DNA of 64,000 bases from positions 471 to 64,470 of the forward strand of contig CAXBFC010000001.1 in the NCBI GenBank assembly GCA_963974725.1. The letters are read 5' to 3'. The translations under genes were made by a program, and so were the position numbers. Within the stretch, counting starts at the first letter, position 1. Every line of letters begins with the position of its first letter. Shown piece by piece: positions 18,136 through 27,377 of this stretch. The notes under the pieces are model-generated. The model saw only the letters and a program-made list of their open reading frames with translations. It did no database searches and was not told the DNA's origin. The stretch is from an uncultured bacterium (lineage in GTDB: Bacteria > Planctomycetota > UBA1135 > UBA2386).

Positions 18136-19992
18136 TCAGTTCATCACGATCGTGATCGGGTTCGAGAACGTGAAGCCGATCGCGAGGTTGGCCGGGTTGG
18201 TGGTCAAACCCTGCAGAGTAATCTGCAAGCCCGGCGGCAAGAACGCCGGCACGGGCACGGCCAAGGTGGCATCACCGTTTGCGTCCAATACGTAGGCCGG
18301 GTTGAGAAGCCCGTTCGCGAGGATGAGCAGATTGGGTGCAAGACCCAACGTGCCCGCCGGCCCCGGAGCACCAGGATTCAGGCCAATGCCGAACGGCAGC
18401 AAGTAGGCCTCACCCGGGTGGCCATGCACTTCGACAGTCATTGACGAACCGAGCGCAACCGATAGCGGTGGCGCACCAAAGCCTGGCGAGCCACCGGTGC
18501 CATTGATCTCAAACGCCGCGCCACGCGATTCCTTCTGCACCGGCAGCGGCGGGCTATCGAAGAAGAACAGCAGGTCAGCAAGTTCATCGATGCCGATCAC
18601 TTCCATGTCTTCGTCACCGTCAATGTCCGCCAAGATCGCGCACGAGCCCGCGCCCGTTGCCGGCAATATCTGCGGCGTGCCATAGGTGCCGTTGCCCTGG
18701 TTGCGGAACACGTAGAACGAACCGCCGGTGTAGCTCGACGAAATCAGGTCGAGGTCGCCGTCGCCATCCAAGTCGCCAAGGTCAATCGCCAGCGAGAACG
18801 GCCCGCAGGGATAGGTCACGGCCGGCAAGAAACCGCCGGCACCGTTGTTCCTCATCACCGCCACGCTGCTTGCGTTCGACAGGCTCGCAACAACATCGAC
18901 GTCACCATCCAGGTCGACGTCACCGGTCGCCATCATCCACGGGCGGCCGCCAGCGGCAACTGTCGCTGAAACGGTGAAGTTGCCGGCACCATCACCGAGC
19001 AGCATCGCGACGTCCTCGCTGCCGTAGCCGCCGACGAACAGGTCCATGATGCCATCGCCGTTGATGTCCGCTGCGGCGATCGAGGTTTCGTTGGAGACAC
19101 CACCTTGAAAGCTCACCGACGGTTGGAACGTGCCATCGCCGTTGTTGCGAATGAGCGACAGCGTGCCACTGACGCGATTGGCCGTCATGATGTCGGTGTC
19201 GCCATCGCCATCGACGTCGAGCACCGTCAAGCCGCGCGGGCCCGTGCCAACCGGTAGGATCACCACCGGCAGCAAGTCGCCAGTGCCATCGTTGAGGAAC
19301 ACACCAACCGAGTTGCCGGTGATGTTGGCGACCGCGAAGTCCGTCCACCCATCATCGTTGAAGTCCGCACCTTCGTTCGAACTCGGCTTCGTCCCAAACG
19401 GCAGCGAGTGCACCGTGAAGGTCGAGAAGTTGCCGGCGCCATCGTTCATGAAGCGGCGGACATCGTGGGCGTCCTCATTCGGGATCAGCAGATCGCAGTA
19501 GCCATCGTTATCCAGGTCGCCGGCGTAAGCGCCATAGGAGCGAATCAACCCCTCGCCGGGAAAACGAATCGGCACGGTCACTTGATGCACAAGACTCGGC
19601 ACCGCGGGCGGTGACGCAATCCAGAACCCAGTCGCATGATTGGCGGCCAACGCCACCCCACCCGAACTCATCAACGCCGGCGTCAGCGTCGCCGTGATCT
19701 GTTCGCCGGCGGAGAACGGCGCGCTGGGAGTAAAGCGAATCACCGTGTTGCCGCTCTCAAGCGTGCGCGTGCCATTCATGACCCCGCTCCAACGCCCCCA
19801 CACCATGACAGAGTTCGCCGTCACCGTCCCGGGGTCGACCGGCGCACCAAACGTCCAGGTGATATCGCCCACCGCCGACGCATCCGTCGCCTCAGCCGTC
19901 GGAACAACCTGCACAACCTGGAACTGCGCCGAAACAGAAGCACAAGCAATGACGCCAACCACAAACAGCACTCGAGGAAGATGGATTCGCAT
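18136..19992 (-). CDS. secreted Ig-like (SbsA-type) + FG-GAP/VCBS repeat protein with shared C-terminal module
   Basis: ORF 18136..20169. ATG at 19992 gives the signal peptide MRIHLPRVLFVVGVIACASVSAQ. Many DxDGDG repeats (DLDNDGYCDL, DFNDDGWTDF, DVDGDGDTDI, DINGDGIMDL, DVDLDGDVDV, DLDGDGDLDL). C-terminus AVPVPAFLPPGLQITLQGL. Confidence 0.85.
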   Translation of the reverse strand: MRIHLPRVLFVVGVIACASVSAQFQVVQVVPTAEATDASAVGDITWTFGAPVDPGTVTANSVMVWGRWSGVMNGTRTLESGNTVIRFTPSAPFSAGEQITATLTPALMSSGGVALAANHATGFWIASPPAVPSLVHQVTVPIRFPGEGLIRSYGAYAGDLDNDGYCDLLIPNEDAHDVRRFMNDGAGNFSTFTVHSLPFGTKPSSNEGADFNDDGWTDFAVANITGNSVGVFLNDGTGDLLPVVILPVGTGPRGLTVLDVDGDGDTDIMTANRVSGTLSLIRNNGDGTFQPSVSFQGGVSNETSIAAADINGDGIMDLFVGGYGSEDVAMLLGDGAGNFTVSATVAAGGRPWMMATGDVDLDGDVDVVASLSNASSVAVMRNNGAGGFLPAVTYPCGPFSLAIDLGDLDGDGDLDLISSSYTGGSFYVFRNQGNGTYGTPQILPATGAGSCAILADIDGDEDMEVIGIDELADLLFFFDSPPLPVQKESRGAAFEINGTGGSPGFGAPPLSVALGSSMTVEVHGHPGEAYLLPFGIGLNPGAPGPAGTLGLAPNLLILANGLLNPAYVLDANGDATLAVPVPAFLPPGLQITLQGLTTNPANLAIGFTFSNPITIVMN

Positions 19993-20013
19993 CCCCTGAT
20001 CGTACGGTGCCTC

Positions 20014-20040
20014 GTACGCACCCAGGCACAGAAGTAACAC
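20014..20040 (+). repeat. REP-like element copy a (GTACGCACCCAGGCACAGAAGTAACAC)
   Basis: Aligns with four other copies in the window. Lies between the FG-GAP gene start (19992) and the RAYT start (20093). Confidence 0.7.
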
Positions 20041-20092
20041 TTTCCCGGCCCGTTGTTCGCCTGCTCGTTCCACCACTTGCAGAAGAACGCAA

Positions 20093-21100
20093 ATGGCAAG
20101 GAAACCGCGCAACGACTCGCCAGGAACCTGGCACCACGCAATGAACCGCGCGATCGCTCGCCGGCCCATCTTCGAAACGCGAGAGGATGTGCGCTACTTC
20201 CTCGCTGGCGTCGCCCGTTCGGTTCGCAGAGGCCAACTCGAAGTGCACGCATGGTGCGTGATGACGACGCATTTCCACATGCTCGTGCGAAGTCCGATCG
20301 GCGAGTTGTCAGAGGCGATGCACCGCATCCAGAATGCGTTCACGCGCTACTTCAACCGGAAACGGCGTCGTGATGGACCACTGTTTCGCGGTCGCTTCTT
20401 GTCCAACCCTGTGGAATCGATCGCCTACCGGCGGATTCTGGTGAACTACATCGACGCGAATCCGGTTCGTGCCGGCCTGTGCACCGATCCATGCAGGTAT
20501 CCGTGGGGCAGCGCGCGGCAGTATGTCGAAAGCACGGGACCACGTTGGCTGCACCGGCAATGGGTCGAAGAGCTGGTCTCCGAGCGATCGCCTACGGGGC
20601 GCTTCGATCCGAGTTCTTATCCGCGATCCACGGATGAGCGGCAGCGTGATGTGTTCGCGCACCTGGTGCAAGCGCGACTCGAATCGTCCAGCACAACCGA
20701 CGAGCTCGATTCGCTATTGGCCATGGCGCCCCCGGCCATTCGCGCTTGGTTGCGGCGCAAGGCGGTTCTCGCTGATGGCGCGCCACCACCATTCCCATGC
20801 GTCGCGGCCACCGTCATCACCGACTCGATCGCCGAATCCGCCATCCAGCACGGCACCTGGATCGTTCGCCCAAACCGCGCACAAGTCGACGGCTGGTCCA
20901 CCCTGCACGCAGGTCTCCTACGCGGTCTCGCAAACGAGAGCATGGTCGGCGTTGCACATCGCGTCAAAGTGTCGGCAGTGCAAGCCAAGAGGCTTGTCAC
21001 TCGCCACCGAGAGCTCCTGCTCACGTCCGACCTCTACAGCAACCGCGCCGCTGAAATCACCCACACAATCCTGAACGTACTGTGCCAGGCACAGATCTAA
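20093..21100 (+). CDS. REP-associated tyrosine transposase (RAYT, IS200-like Y1 transposase domain) with C-terminal extension
   Basis: 335-aa ORF. HUH motif in WCVMTTHFHMLV and catalytic-Tyr motif ILVNYIDANPVRAGL. Flanked by REP palindromes. Confidence 0.85.
   Translation: MARKPRNDSPGTWHHAMNRAIARRPIFETREDVRYFLAGVARSVRRGQLEVHAWCVMTTHFHMLVRSPIGELSEAMHRIQNAFTRYFNRKRRRDGPLFRGRFLSNPVESIAYRRILVNYIDANPVRAGLCTDPCRYPWGSARQYVESTGPRWLHRQWVEELVSERSPTGRFDPSSYPRSTDERQRDVFAHLVQARLESSSTTDELDSLLAMAPPAIRAWLRRKAVLADGAPPPFPCVAATVITDSIAESAIQHGTWIVRPNRAQVDGWSTLHAGLLRGLANESMVGVAHRVKVSAVQAKRLVTRHRELLLTSDLYSNRAAEITHTILNVLCQAQI
21077..21100 (+). repeat. REP-like element copy b (GTACTGTGCCAGGCACAGATCTAA), overlaps the RAYT stop codon
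   Basis: Contains the palindrome CTGTGCC-A-GGCACAG. Encodes the last residues LCQAQI and the stop of the RAYT. Confidence 0.75.
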
Positions 21101-21140
21101 CATCTTCGCGCTTCGCTACAACCAGGACGCGAACGTCAAC

Positions 21141-21167
21141 GTGTTACTTCTGTGCCTGGCACCGTAC
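21141..21167 (-). repeat. REP-like element copy c (inverted; plus strand gtgttacttctgtgcctggcaccgtac)
   Basis: Its 27 nt (21141..21167) are identical to copy e at 58862..58888. Forms an inverted doublet (REPIN-like) with copy b, 40-nt spacer. Confidence 0.75.
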
Positions 21168-22483
21168 TAACTCTCGAAGGGGTTGTACTTGCCGGGGACG
21201 GGGATGGGGTACTTGCCGTCTTCGCCGGGGACGGTTGGTGGCACGGAGTCCATGGTGTAGGTGTCGATGCCGGGGGCCAGGTTGCGGCCGCGGGCTAGCA
21301 GGTCGTCCCACTTGAGCTCCTTGCCGGAGTAGCAGGCTTCGCGGCCGAGGATGGCGGTGAAGGTGGAGTGCGCGCCGTATTCGCCTTCGTTGTAGATCTC
21401 GCCGCGCATCAGGGCCTCGATCAGGTCGTGCTGCTCTTGTTGGTGACCGCCTGGGCTGCGTCCCTTGAACTGCCACGCGTTCGGGCCTTCGATGCGGCCG
21501 GCTGGCACAGCGGTGCCCTTGCTGCCGTGAAGGGCTTCGCTGACGTTGGTCCAACCACCGGCGAGGTGACGGCCTTGGCTGTACATCTTGGTACCGTCGG
21601 CAAACGTGTACTCGCAGAACGTGTGGTCGTTGATCTGCGACTTGGTGGCGTCGCCGCCCATGCGCATTTCACGACCGCCCATGCCGTTGCACTTGACCGG
21701 GTAGGCGTTCTTCGCCCAGCAGCCGACGTCGAGGTTGTGGATGTGCTGCTCGACGATCTGGTCGCCGCAGACCCAGTTGAAGTGGTACCAGTTGTTGCAC
21801 TGGAACCCCATCTCGGACTGATTCGGACGACGCTTGCGATACCAGATGCCACCGCCGTTCCAGTAGACACGCGACAGGATGACGTCGCCGATCGCGCCGT
21901 CGTGCACGCGCTTCATCGTCTCCATGTACTTCGGCTCGTGACGACGCTGCAGGCCGATGCCGACCATCAGGTTCTTCTTCTTGGACTCGGTGACGGCGGC
22001 GAGCACGCGGCGAATGCCGGGGGCGTCGGTCGCGACCGGCTTCTCCATGAAGATGTGCTTGCCCTTGCTGACCGCGTATTCGAACTGCTGCGGCTTGAAG
22101 CCAGGCGGCGTCGCAATGACCACGAGATCACAGTCACTGTCGATCGCGCGCTTGTAGGCATCGAGACCGGTGAAGATGCGCTCGGCGGTCACATCGACCT
22201 TGCCCTCCGCATGCTCACGCAAACTCGCCACCGAGTTCTCGGCTTTCTCGCGGAACGCATCGGCGACGGCGACCAAGCGCACGTTGCCCTTGGTGTTGAA
22301 GATCTGGCCGACGGCACCTGTGCCGCGACCGCCACAACCGACCAGCGCGACCTTGATCTCGTCGCAACCGCGAACGTGAACGTTTGGCATCATGGAAGCA
22401 CTGGGCATGGACGCAGAAACGCCAGTGCCGACGAGGGCAGCAGAGGACGTTGCAAGGAAGTTCCGACGGGTAGTCTTGGGCAT
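21167..22483 (-). CDS. Tat-exported Gfo/Idh/MocA family oxidoreductase
   Basis: ORF 21167..22636. ATG at 22483 gives MPKTTRRNFLATSSAALVGTG (twin-arginine). Rossmann motif KVALVGCGGRGTGA. Confidence 0.85.
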   Translation of the reverse strand: MPKTTRRNFLATSSAALVGTGVSASMPSASMMPNVHVRGCDEIKVALVGCGGRGTGAVGQIFNTKGNVRLVAVADAFREKAENSVASLREHAEGKVDVTAERIFTGLDAYKRAIDSDCDLVVIATPPGFKPQQFEYAVSKGKHIFMEKPVATDAPGIRRVLAAVTESKKKNLMVGIGLQRRHEPKYMETMKRVHDGAIGDVILSRVYWNGGGIWYRKRRPNQSEMGFQCNNWYHFNWVCGDQIVEQHIHNLDVGCWAKNAYPVKCNGMGGREMRMGGDATKSQINDHTFCEYTFADGTKMYSQGRHLAGGWTNVSEALHGSKGTAVPAGRIEGPNAWQFKGRSPGGHQQEQHDLIEALMRGEIYNEGEYGAHSTFTAILGREACYSGKELKWDDLLARGRNLAPGIDTYTMDSVPPTVPGEDGKYPIPVPGKYNPFES

Positions 22484-22586
22484 GAAGTTCGTCTCGACAG
22501 GCTGAGTTGGAGGCGCAACGGTAGTGCAATGGGCGCGTGCAATGCCAGCCCCCGGCGCCGCTGTCATGCGCCAAAGATGTAGGCGA

Positions 22587-23471
22587 TTAGCGGGGACGGC
22601 CGGAGCGAGTCGAAAGCCATGCGGACAGCAAGACAATGGCTGTGCCGATGATCGCGAGCACCGTCACCGATTCGCCGCGCACCGCAATGCCAAGCACCGT
22701 GGCCACCACCGGGATGACATAGGTCGTCATCGACGCACGAACGGATCCAACGCGGCCCGTGAGCTTCGTGGCCATCATCAAGGCCAGCCCGGTGCCGCCC
22801 GCGCCGAGCGCGATGCAGGCGAACATCGGCCCCCACGCGAAGCTCGACTCGGGCAAGCCAACGACTGCGTATGGCGCGACCAACACAGCAGCAAGTGCGA
22901 CCGCGCGAGACAGCACTGGCATCGAGCCATACTTGCGCTGTAGCGGCCCGGCGAGATTGATGGCGAAGCCATAGGAGAAGATCGCCGCCAGGACCAGAGC
23001 GACCCCAATCGCATGCGTGCTTGAGGTCGTCGCGCCCGGGATGCCAATCAACAGAACGCCGACCACGCCGACCGCCACCCCCACCATGCGCCGAGTGCTC
23101 GTCGGGGTTGCGAAGAACAACCAAGAGATCGCAACGGTGCCGAGCGGCATCGCCGCATTGAGCATTCCGGCCAACGACGAATCAATCCACTGCTGGGCAA
23201 TCGGGAACATTGTCAACGGAAACGCAATCCACGTCACGGCAAGCCACGCGATCTTCGGCAGATCTCGCCGCTCGACCGGGCGCCAGGCCCTTGGCAAGAG
23301 GCCGAGGAACAACGCGCCCGTGAATACGCGCAAGAACGTGACGACACCCGGCGAAAACGCTTCGAGGCCGATCGCGATAAACAAGAACGACGCGCCCCAG
23401 ATGCAAGCCGCGCCAAGCAGCAACGCCCAATCGAGCAAGCGGAACGGCGTATCCGCGTGGGAGACGCTCAC
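22587..23471 (-). CDS. EamA/DMT-family transporter
   Basis: 294-aa polytopic hydrophobic ORF (WGASFLFIAIGL...). GTG start overlaps the upstream stop (GTGA). Confidence 0.8.
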   Translation of the reverse strand: MSVSHADTPFRLLDWALLLGAACIWGASFLFIAIGLEAFSPGVVTFLRVFTGALFLGLLPRAWRPVERRDLPKIAWLAVTWIAFPLTMFPIAQQWIDSSLAGMLNAAMPLGTVAISWLFFATPTSTRRMVGVAVGVVGVLLIGIPGATTSSTHAIGVALVLAAIFSYGFAINLAGPLQRKYGSMPVLSRAVALAAVLVAPYAVVGLPESSFAWGPMFACIALGAGGTGLALMMATKLTGRVGSVRASMTTYVIPVVATVLGIAVRGESVTVLAIIGTAIVLLSAWLSTRSGRPR

Positions 23472-24967
23472 TGACGCTTCTTCTGCAATGTATAGTAGAC
23501 CTTGTCGCCAAGCAGTTGCTTCGCCGTGCGCGACGCCATGCCAGCTAGTGAGAAGGTGTAGACATTGCCTTCGCGCAACTCACCCAACTGCACGGTCAGC
23601 GTCGTGCCGGCGTCGTCCAAGTTCGCGGACGCTACGGGCACATCACGGTCATCGACCTTCGGCGAGCCATAGGCCTTGAAGTACTTGTAGCCATGCGCGC
23701 GCACCTTCAAGCCCTTGAGGGTCTGCATGTCAACTGGCTGAGTAAACCGCAACGTGAAGCCGCGCGAAGTCACGCGCACCTGATCGACCGCGAACAGCTC
23801 TGCTGGCTTCGCCCGCAACCGCACACGCACCAGGCCCTCAGCACCGGCCCACGACAAGTGCGTCTTGCCGATCCACAGCGAACCATCCGCAGTGAACGTC
23901 ATGCGATGATTGCCGGCGCCAAGCAACTGGGTCTGCAAGAACGGGATGGCCGCGCCTTGGGACACGTCGCCGACCGGATCCGGAAGGAACCGCACCAACG
24001 TCTTCTGATTCATCTCCCCCAGCAACGTCTGCCCTGCAAAGACACCAAACACGCCTTCGGGCACCGCGATCGGCTGTGTTGGCGAACTGGCAAGCTCTCC
24101 TTGCGGCAACCAGGCGGCGGCCGGCGTACGCAACGCATCCAGTTCCGCGACCGGCATCTGCAAGGGGTTGCGCGTCCAGCCTTCGCGCCAGATCAGCGAC
24201 GCAACGTGGCCGTAGAAGCCTCCTTCGCGCACGTGGTGCACCTTGCTTGTGCCAAGCCAATCACCCTGATTATCCGTCACCAAGAGTCGACCATCCGCAT
24301 CGAAACCGATGCCATCCGGTGAACGAAAACCGCACGCGAACGGAGTCACCTGCTCGCCATCCGGCGACAGTTTGATGACCCAGCCGCGCCACTTGGCGCG
24401 CGCATACATGCGACCGGCTGCGCCACGCACCTTGCCCCACTCCTTGGCAACGTCCATCTTGTCGCGGGGCACGCCAATGTCGCTCCACTCACCACGGATC
24501 TCCTCGCGGATGCCAGCACCGTTCGACGCGGTGTTGAGTGCCACGTAGAGATTGCCGTCGCGATCGCGCGCCGGGCCGAACGCGAACTCGTGGTAGTTGC
24601 CGGTCATGCCAAAGCCGTCATAGACGGTGTCGTAGGCATCAGCGCGGCCATCGCCATCGGTATCGCGCAAGCGCGTCAACTCGCAACGCTGCATGACCAA
24701 CAGGCTCGAATCGCTTTCGGCCAGCATGCCCAGCGGCTCGTGCAAGCCTTCGGCGAACGGCGTCCACACGCCAGTCGCCGGATCGTAGAGCAACACCTCG
24801 CCGCGATGAAAACACACCGCCAACTTGCCGCTCGGCAGAGCGGCGATGCCGCCAATCTGCGGATCGATACCGGCCGGGATCTCGATCGTTTCGATCGAGA
24901 ACGCATCCGTCCACACGTCACCGCGAAACGCACCCAACATGGCGAAGAACACTGCAAAGACATGCAT
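23468..24967 (-). CDS. beta-propeller dehydrogenase-like protein (putative membrane-bound/PQQ-type dehydrogenase domain of PVC bacteria)
   Basis: 499-aa ORF. Its start overlaps the stop of the upstream cytochrome c gene (TGATG). Family assignment from general resemblance only. Confidence 0.55.
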   Translation of the reverse strand: MHVFAVFFAMLGAFRGDVWTDAFSIETIEIPAGIDPQIGGIAALPSGKLAVCFHRGEVLLYDPATGVWTPFAEGLHEPLGMLAESDSSLLVMQRCELTRLRDTDGDGRADAYDTVYDGFGMTGNYHEFAFGPARDRDGNLYVALNTASNGAGIREEIRGEWSDIGVPRDKMDVAKEWGKVRGAAGRMYARAKWRGWVIKLSPDGEQVTPFACGFRSPDGIGFDADGRLLVTDNQGDWLGTSKVHHVREGGFYGHVASLIWREGWTRNPLQMPVAELDALRTPAAAWLPQGELASSPTQPIAVPEGVFGVFAGQTLLGEMNQKTLVRFLPDPVGDVSQGAAIPFLQTQLLGAGNHRMTFTADGSLWIGKTHLSWAGAEGLVRVRLRAKPAELFAVDQVRVTSRGFTLRFTQPVDMQTLKGLKVRAHGYKYFKAYGSPKVDDRDVPVASANLDDAGTTLTVQLGELREGNVYTFSLAGMASRTAKQLLGDKVYYTLQKKRQ

Positions 24968-25893
24968 CAGTTTTTCTCCTCCATGATCACGGTGAACGCA
25001 GCTTCCTTGCCCTTGTTTGGCGTGAACATGGCTCCTTCGAACAGGCCATGCTCACTGAAGTAGTCGAGCTTGTCTGAGGCCACGAACATCATGCGCCAAT
25101 CCGCCGGAGCGCCGCGTAAGACGAAGTGCCGGGCCAGTGCCTGACCGTCACTGCTCATCGTAATGCGCTCCTGCACTTCGACCTCGCCGACGCGATAGCG
25201 AAACGTAGGCAAGCCGTCCTTGAGACGGTAGCCGAGGAACTTGCGCTTCGCATTCTCGGCCACCGGCAACGGACTCTTCGCTTCGCGCAACAACACCTCA
25301 CCCACGACCTTGGCCAGCCCATTGCCGTTGCTCTTCCAAACTGGCCATCCGTCAACGAAATCGCCCTTCCACACGTACCGCAAACGGCACGCGCCCGCGT
25401 CGAAACAGAAGTGGTAGTCGTTGTTGACGGCAACTGCGATGGCCGCGGGCCCTGCATCCGGCATGAACAAGCGCATCACCAACGGCCGCTTCCGCATCGA
25501 TGGCGATGCGCGAAACTTGTCGGCGTCCTTGACAACAACTTCCTTCATGCCCTTCGTGCTGGCGACGATGTAGCCATGGATCGACATCAGATGGGCGTCC
25601 GTCAACGCCGCCATCGACGGCATCTGGATGACTCCCTTGCGCTTCGGCTGGGGATCCTTGCACCACGCCAGGAAGTCTTTGCGTTTATCGCCGTAGAGTC
25701 CAGCGATCTCGACCAGTGAAGGGCCGACATGCATGCGATCGTGCACATGGCACGCCGCACACATGGCGCCAAACAACAATTCGCCTTGCTCGAGTGCGCC
25801 GGCGCCCTGCTTGCCATCTTGGGCATTCGCAGCACTACAGCAGAAGAAGGAGAGAACGAGCGCGAAGCGCTGCAGGTGCGTAGGCAACATCAA
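24967..25893 (-). CDS. c-type cytochrome domain protein (Pirellula/Verrucomicrobium-type heme-binding domain)
   Basis: 308-aa ORF with signal peptide and a single CAACH heme-c motif followed by GPSL. Confidence 0.75.
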   Translation of the reverse strand: MMLPTHLQRFALVLSFFCCSAANAQDGKQGAGALEQGELLFGAMCAACHVHDRMHVGPSLVEIAGLYGDKRKDFLAWCKDPQPKRKGVIQMPSMAALTDAHLMSIHGYIVASTKGMKEVVVKDADKFRASPSMRKRPLVMRLFMPDAGPAAIAVAVNNDYHFCFDAGACRLRYVWKGDFVDGWPVWKSNGNGLAKVVGEVLLREAKSPLPVAENAKRKFLGYRLKDGLPTFRYRVGEVEVQERITMSSDGQALARHFVLRGAPADWRMMFVASDKLDYFSEHGLFEGAMFTPNKGKEAAFTVIMEEKN

Positions 25894-25905
25894 TTGATTC
25901 GTGGA

Positions 25906-27306
25906 TCAGAGCGAGCGAATGCGCAGGTTCCGCAGTTGCAGCGGCATCGAGTGATCTTGGAACCCAATCGAGCCCGTGCGCGGGCGATCGGCGATGCGCT
26001 TGTGATCGAGCGCCATCGTGTGCACCAGGCGACCATTCAACGTCACCAGAATCGTGCCGTTCTCGCAAAGCACGTGCATGTGGTTCCACTCACCCGCCGG
26101 CTTCGCCGCGTTCTCACTCGGCGGCCCACCCGGAATGATGCCGCCGGCATCGTGGTCGGTCAGACGCACCTTGTCCGCGGCCGTCGCGTAGAGCTGCACT
26201 TCGACGCCCGTGGCGACTGGCTTCGCCTGATCGCCGACGTGGAAGTAGAAACCTGAGTTGCCGTTCTTCTCGAGGCTGTACTCAAACTCCGCCTCGAAAT
26301 CCGCGTAGTCGCCTTCGACCCATAGGTAGTGGCCGTAGCGCTGCCAACCCTTCTGACCATCGCTCGGCGTCAGCTTGGCGACGCCATCGGCGAGCGTCCA
26401 ATTGCCTTTGGTCGCGCAATGCGTCGACAGTTCTTTGCCGGCCAGCGGCTTCGCCCAGGCACCCGGCTCCTCCAGTTTCAGGATCTCGACCGAACGGAAC
26501 TGGATCGCGTGGCTCTCGGATTGCAGCGAGATCGTGCCCTTGCGCAGTTGCTTGCTACGACCATCGGCGAGCAACTTCTTGGCGTCCGCATCGCGCGGAT
26601 CCAATTGCGGCTGCTCATAGGCGAGCACCGTGTGGCCGTCGATCAGGTGACGAATCGTATCGCCGCGCACTTCGATCTCGGCAGTGACCCAACCGTCGCC
26701 CCGGTAGGTCTTGGAGTTGGAGTTCAAGCAATGCGGCGTCCACAGCTTGCCGTTGCGAACGACATTCGTGCCGGGCGTGCACAGGTTCGAAGTCGGCCGC
26801 TCGCCCTTCTCGCGACCGCCCAGGATCTGCACTTCGATCGACACTGGGAAGTTCTGTTTCTTGGTCATCGATTCCGCGGACTGGCCATGAATCATCACGC
26901 CACTGTTGCGGAACGCCCAGCCAGGGCCACCCTTCACCTGAGGGCCGACAAAGCGGTATTCGGTGCGGAATCGGTAGCTGGCAAACTCGTCCTTGTAGAA
27001 CAGGTGACCAAAGCGGCCGTTGAACGCATCGTAGTTTTCGTAGGAGACGGTCAGCAGTCCGTCGACGACGCGGAACGTATCACCAAAGTTGTCACCGAGA
27101 TCGTGGCCGACGATCTTCGGCGTCCAACCGGTCAGGTCCTTGCCGTTGAACAACGGCCGCCACGTTGCCGGCGAGGCATCGGGAGCAGCGGGCGCAGCGG
27201 CGTCTTGCGCAGCGGTAACGCCGGCAAAACTGGTGACCGCCAGCATCGCAGCGGCAACCAGCTGCGGAAAGAACACAACACGAGGACGAGGGTGCGAACC
27301 GTTCAT
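25906..27306 (-). CDS. tandem DUF1080 (3-keto-disaccharide hydrolase-like) domain protein
   Basis: 466-aa ORF with signal peptide. Two copies of the WxxLFNGKDLxGW ... FQDH/LQSE pattern (WRPLFNGKDLTGWTPK; GSIGFQDHSMPLQLRNLRI). Confidence 0.85.
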   Translation of the reverse strand: MNGSHPRPRVVFFPQLVAAAMLAVTSFAGVTAAQDAAAPAAPDASPATWRPLFNGKDLTGWTPKIVGHDLGDNFGDTFRVVDGLLTVSYENYDAFNGRFGHLFYKDEFASYRFRTEYRFVGPQVKGGPGWAFRNSGVMIHGQSAESMTKKQNFPVSIEVQILGGREKGERPTSNLCTPGTNVVRNGKLWTPHCLNSNSKTYRGDGWVTAEIEVRGDTIRHLIDGHTVLAYEQPQLDPRDADAKKLLADGRSKQLRKGTISLQSESHAIQFRSVEILKLEEPGAWAKPLAGKELSTHCATKGNWTLADGVAKLTPSDGQKGWQRYGHYLWVEGDYADFEAEFEYSLEKNGNSGFYFHVGDQAKPVATGVEVQLYATAADKVRLTDHDAGGIIPGGPPSENAAKPAGEWNHMHVLCENGTILVTLNGRLVHTMALDHKRIADRPRTGSIGFQDHSMPLQLRNLRIRSL

Positions 27307-27377
27307 CGCCGGACGATACCCGATGCCGGTCTCGGGTCACGCGTCCCATCCGCGTGTCAATCGCGGCACCGCGACTG

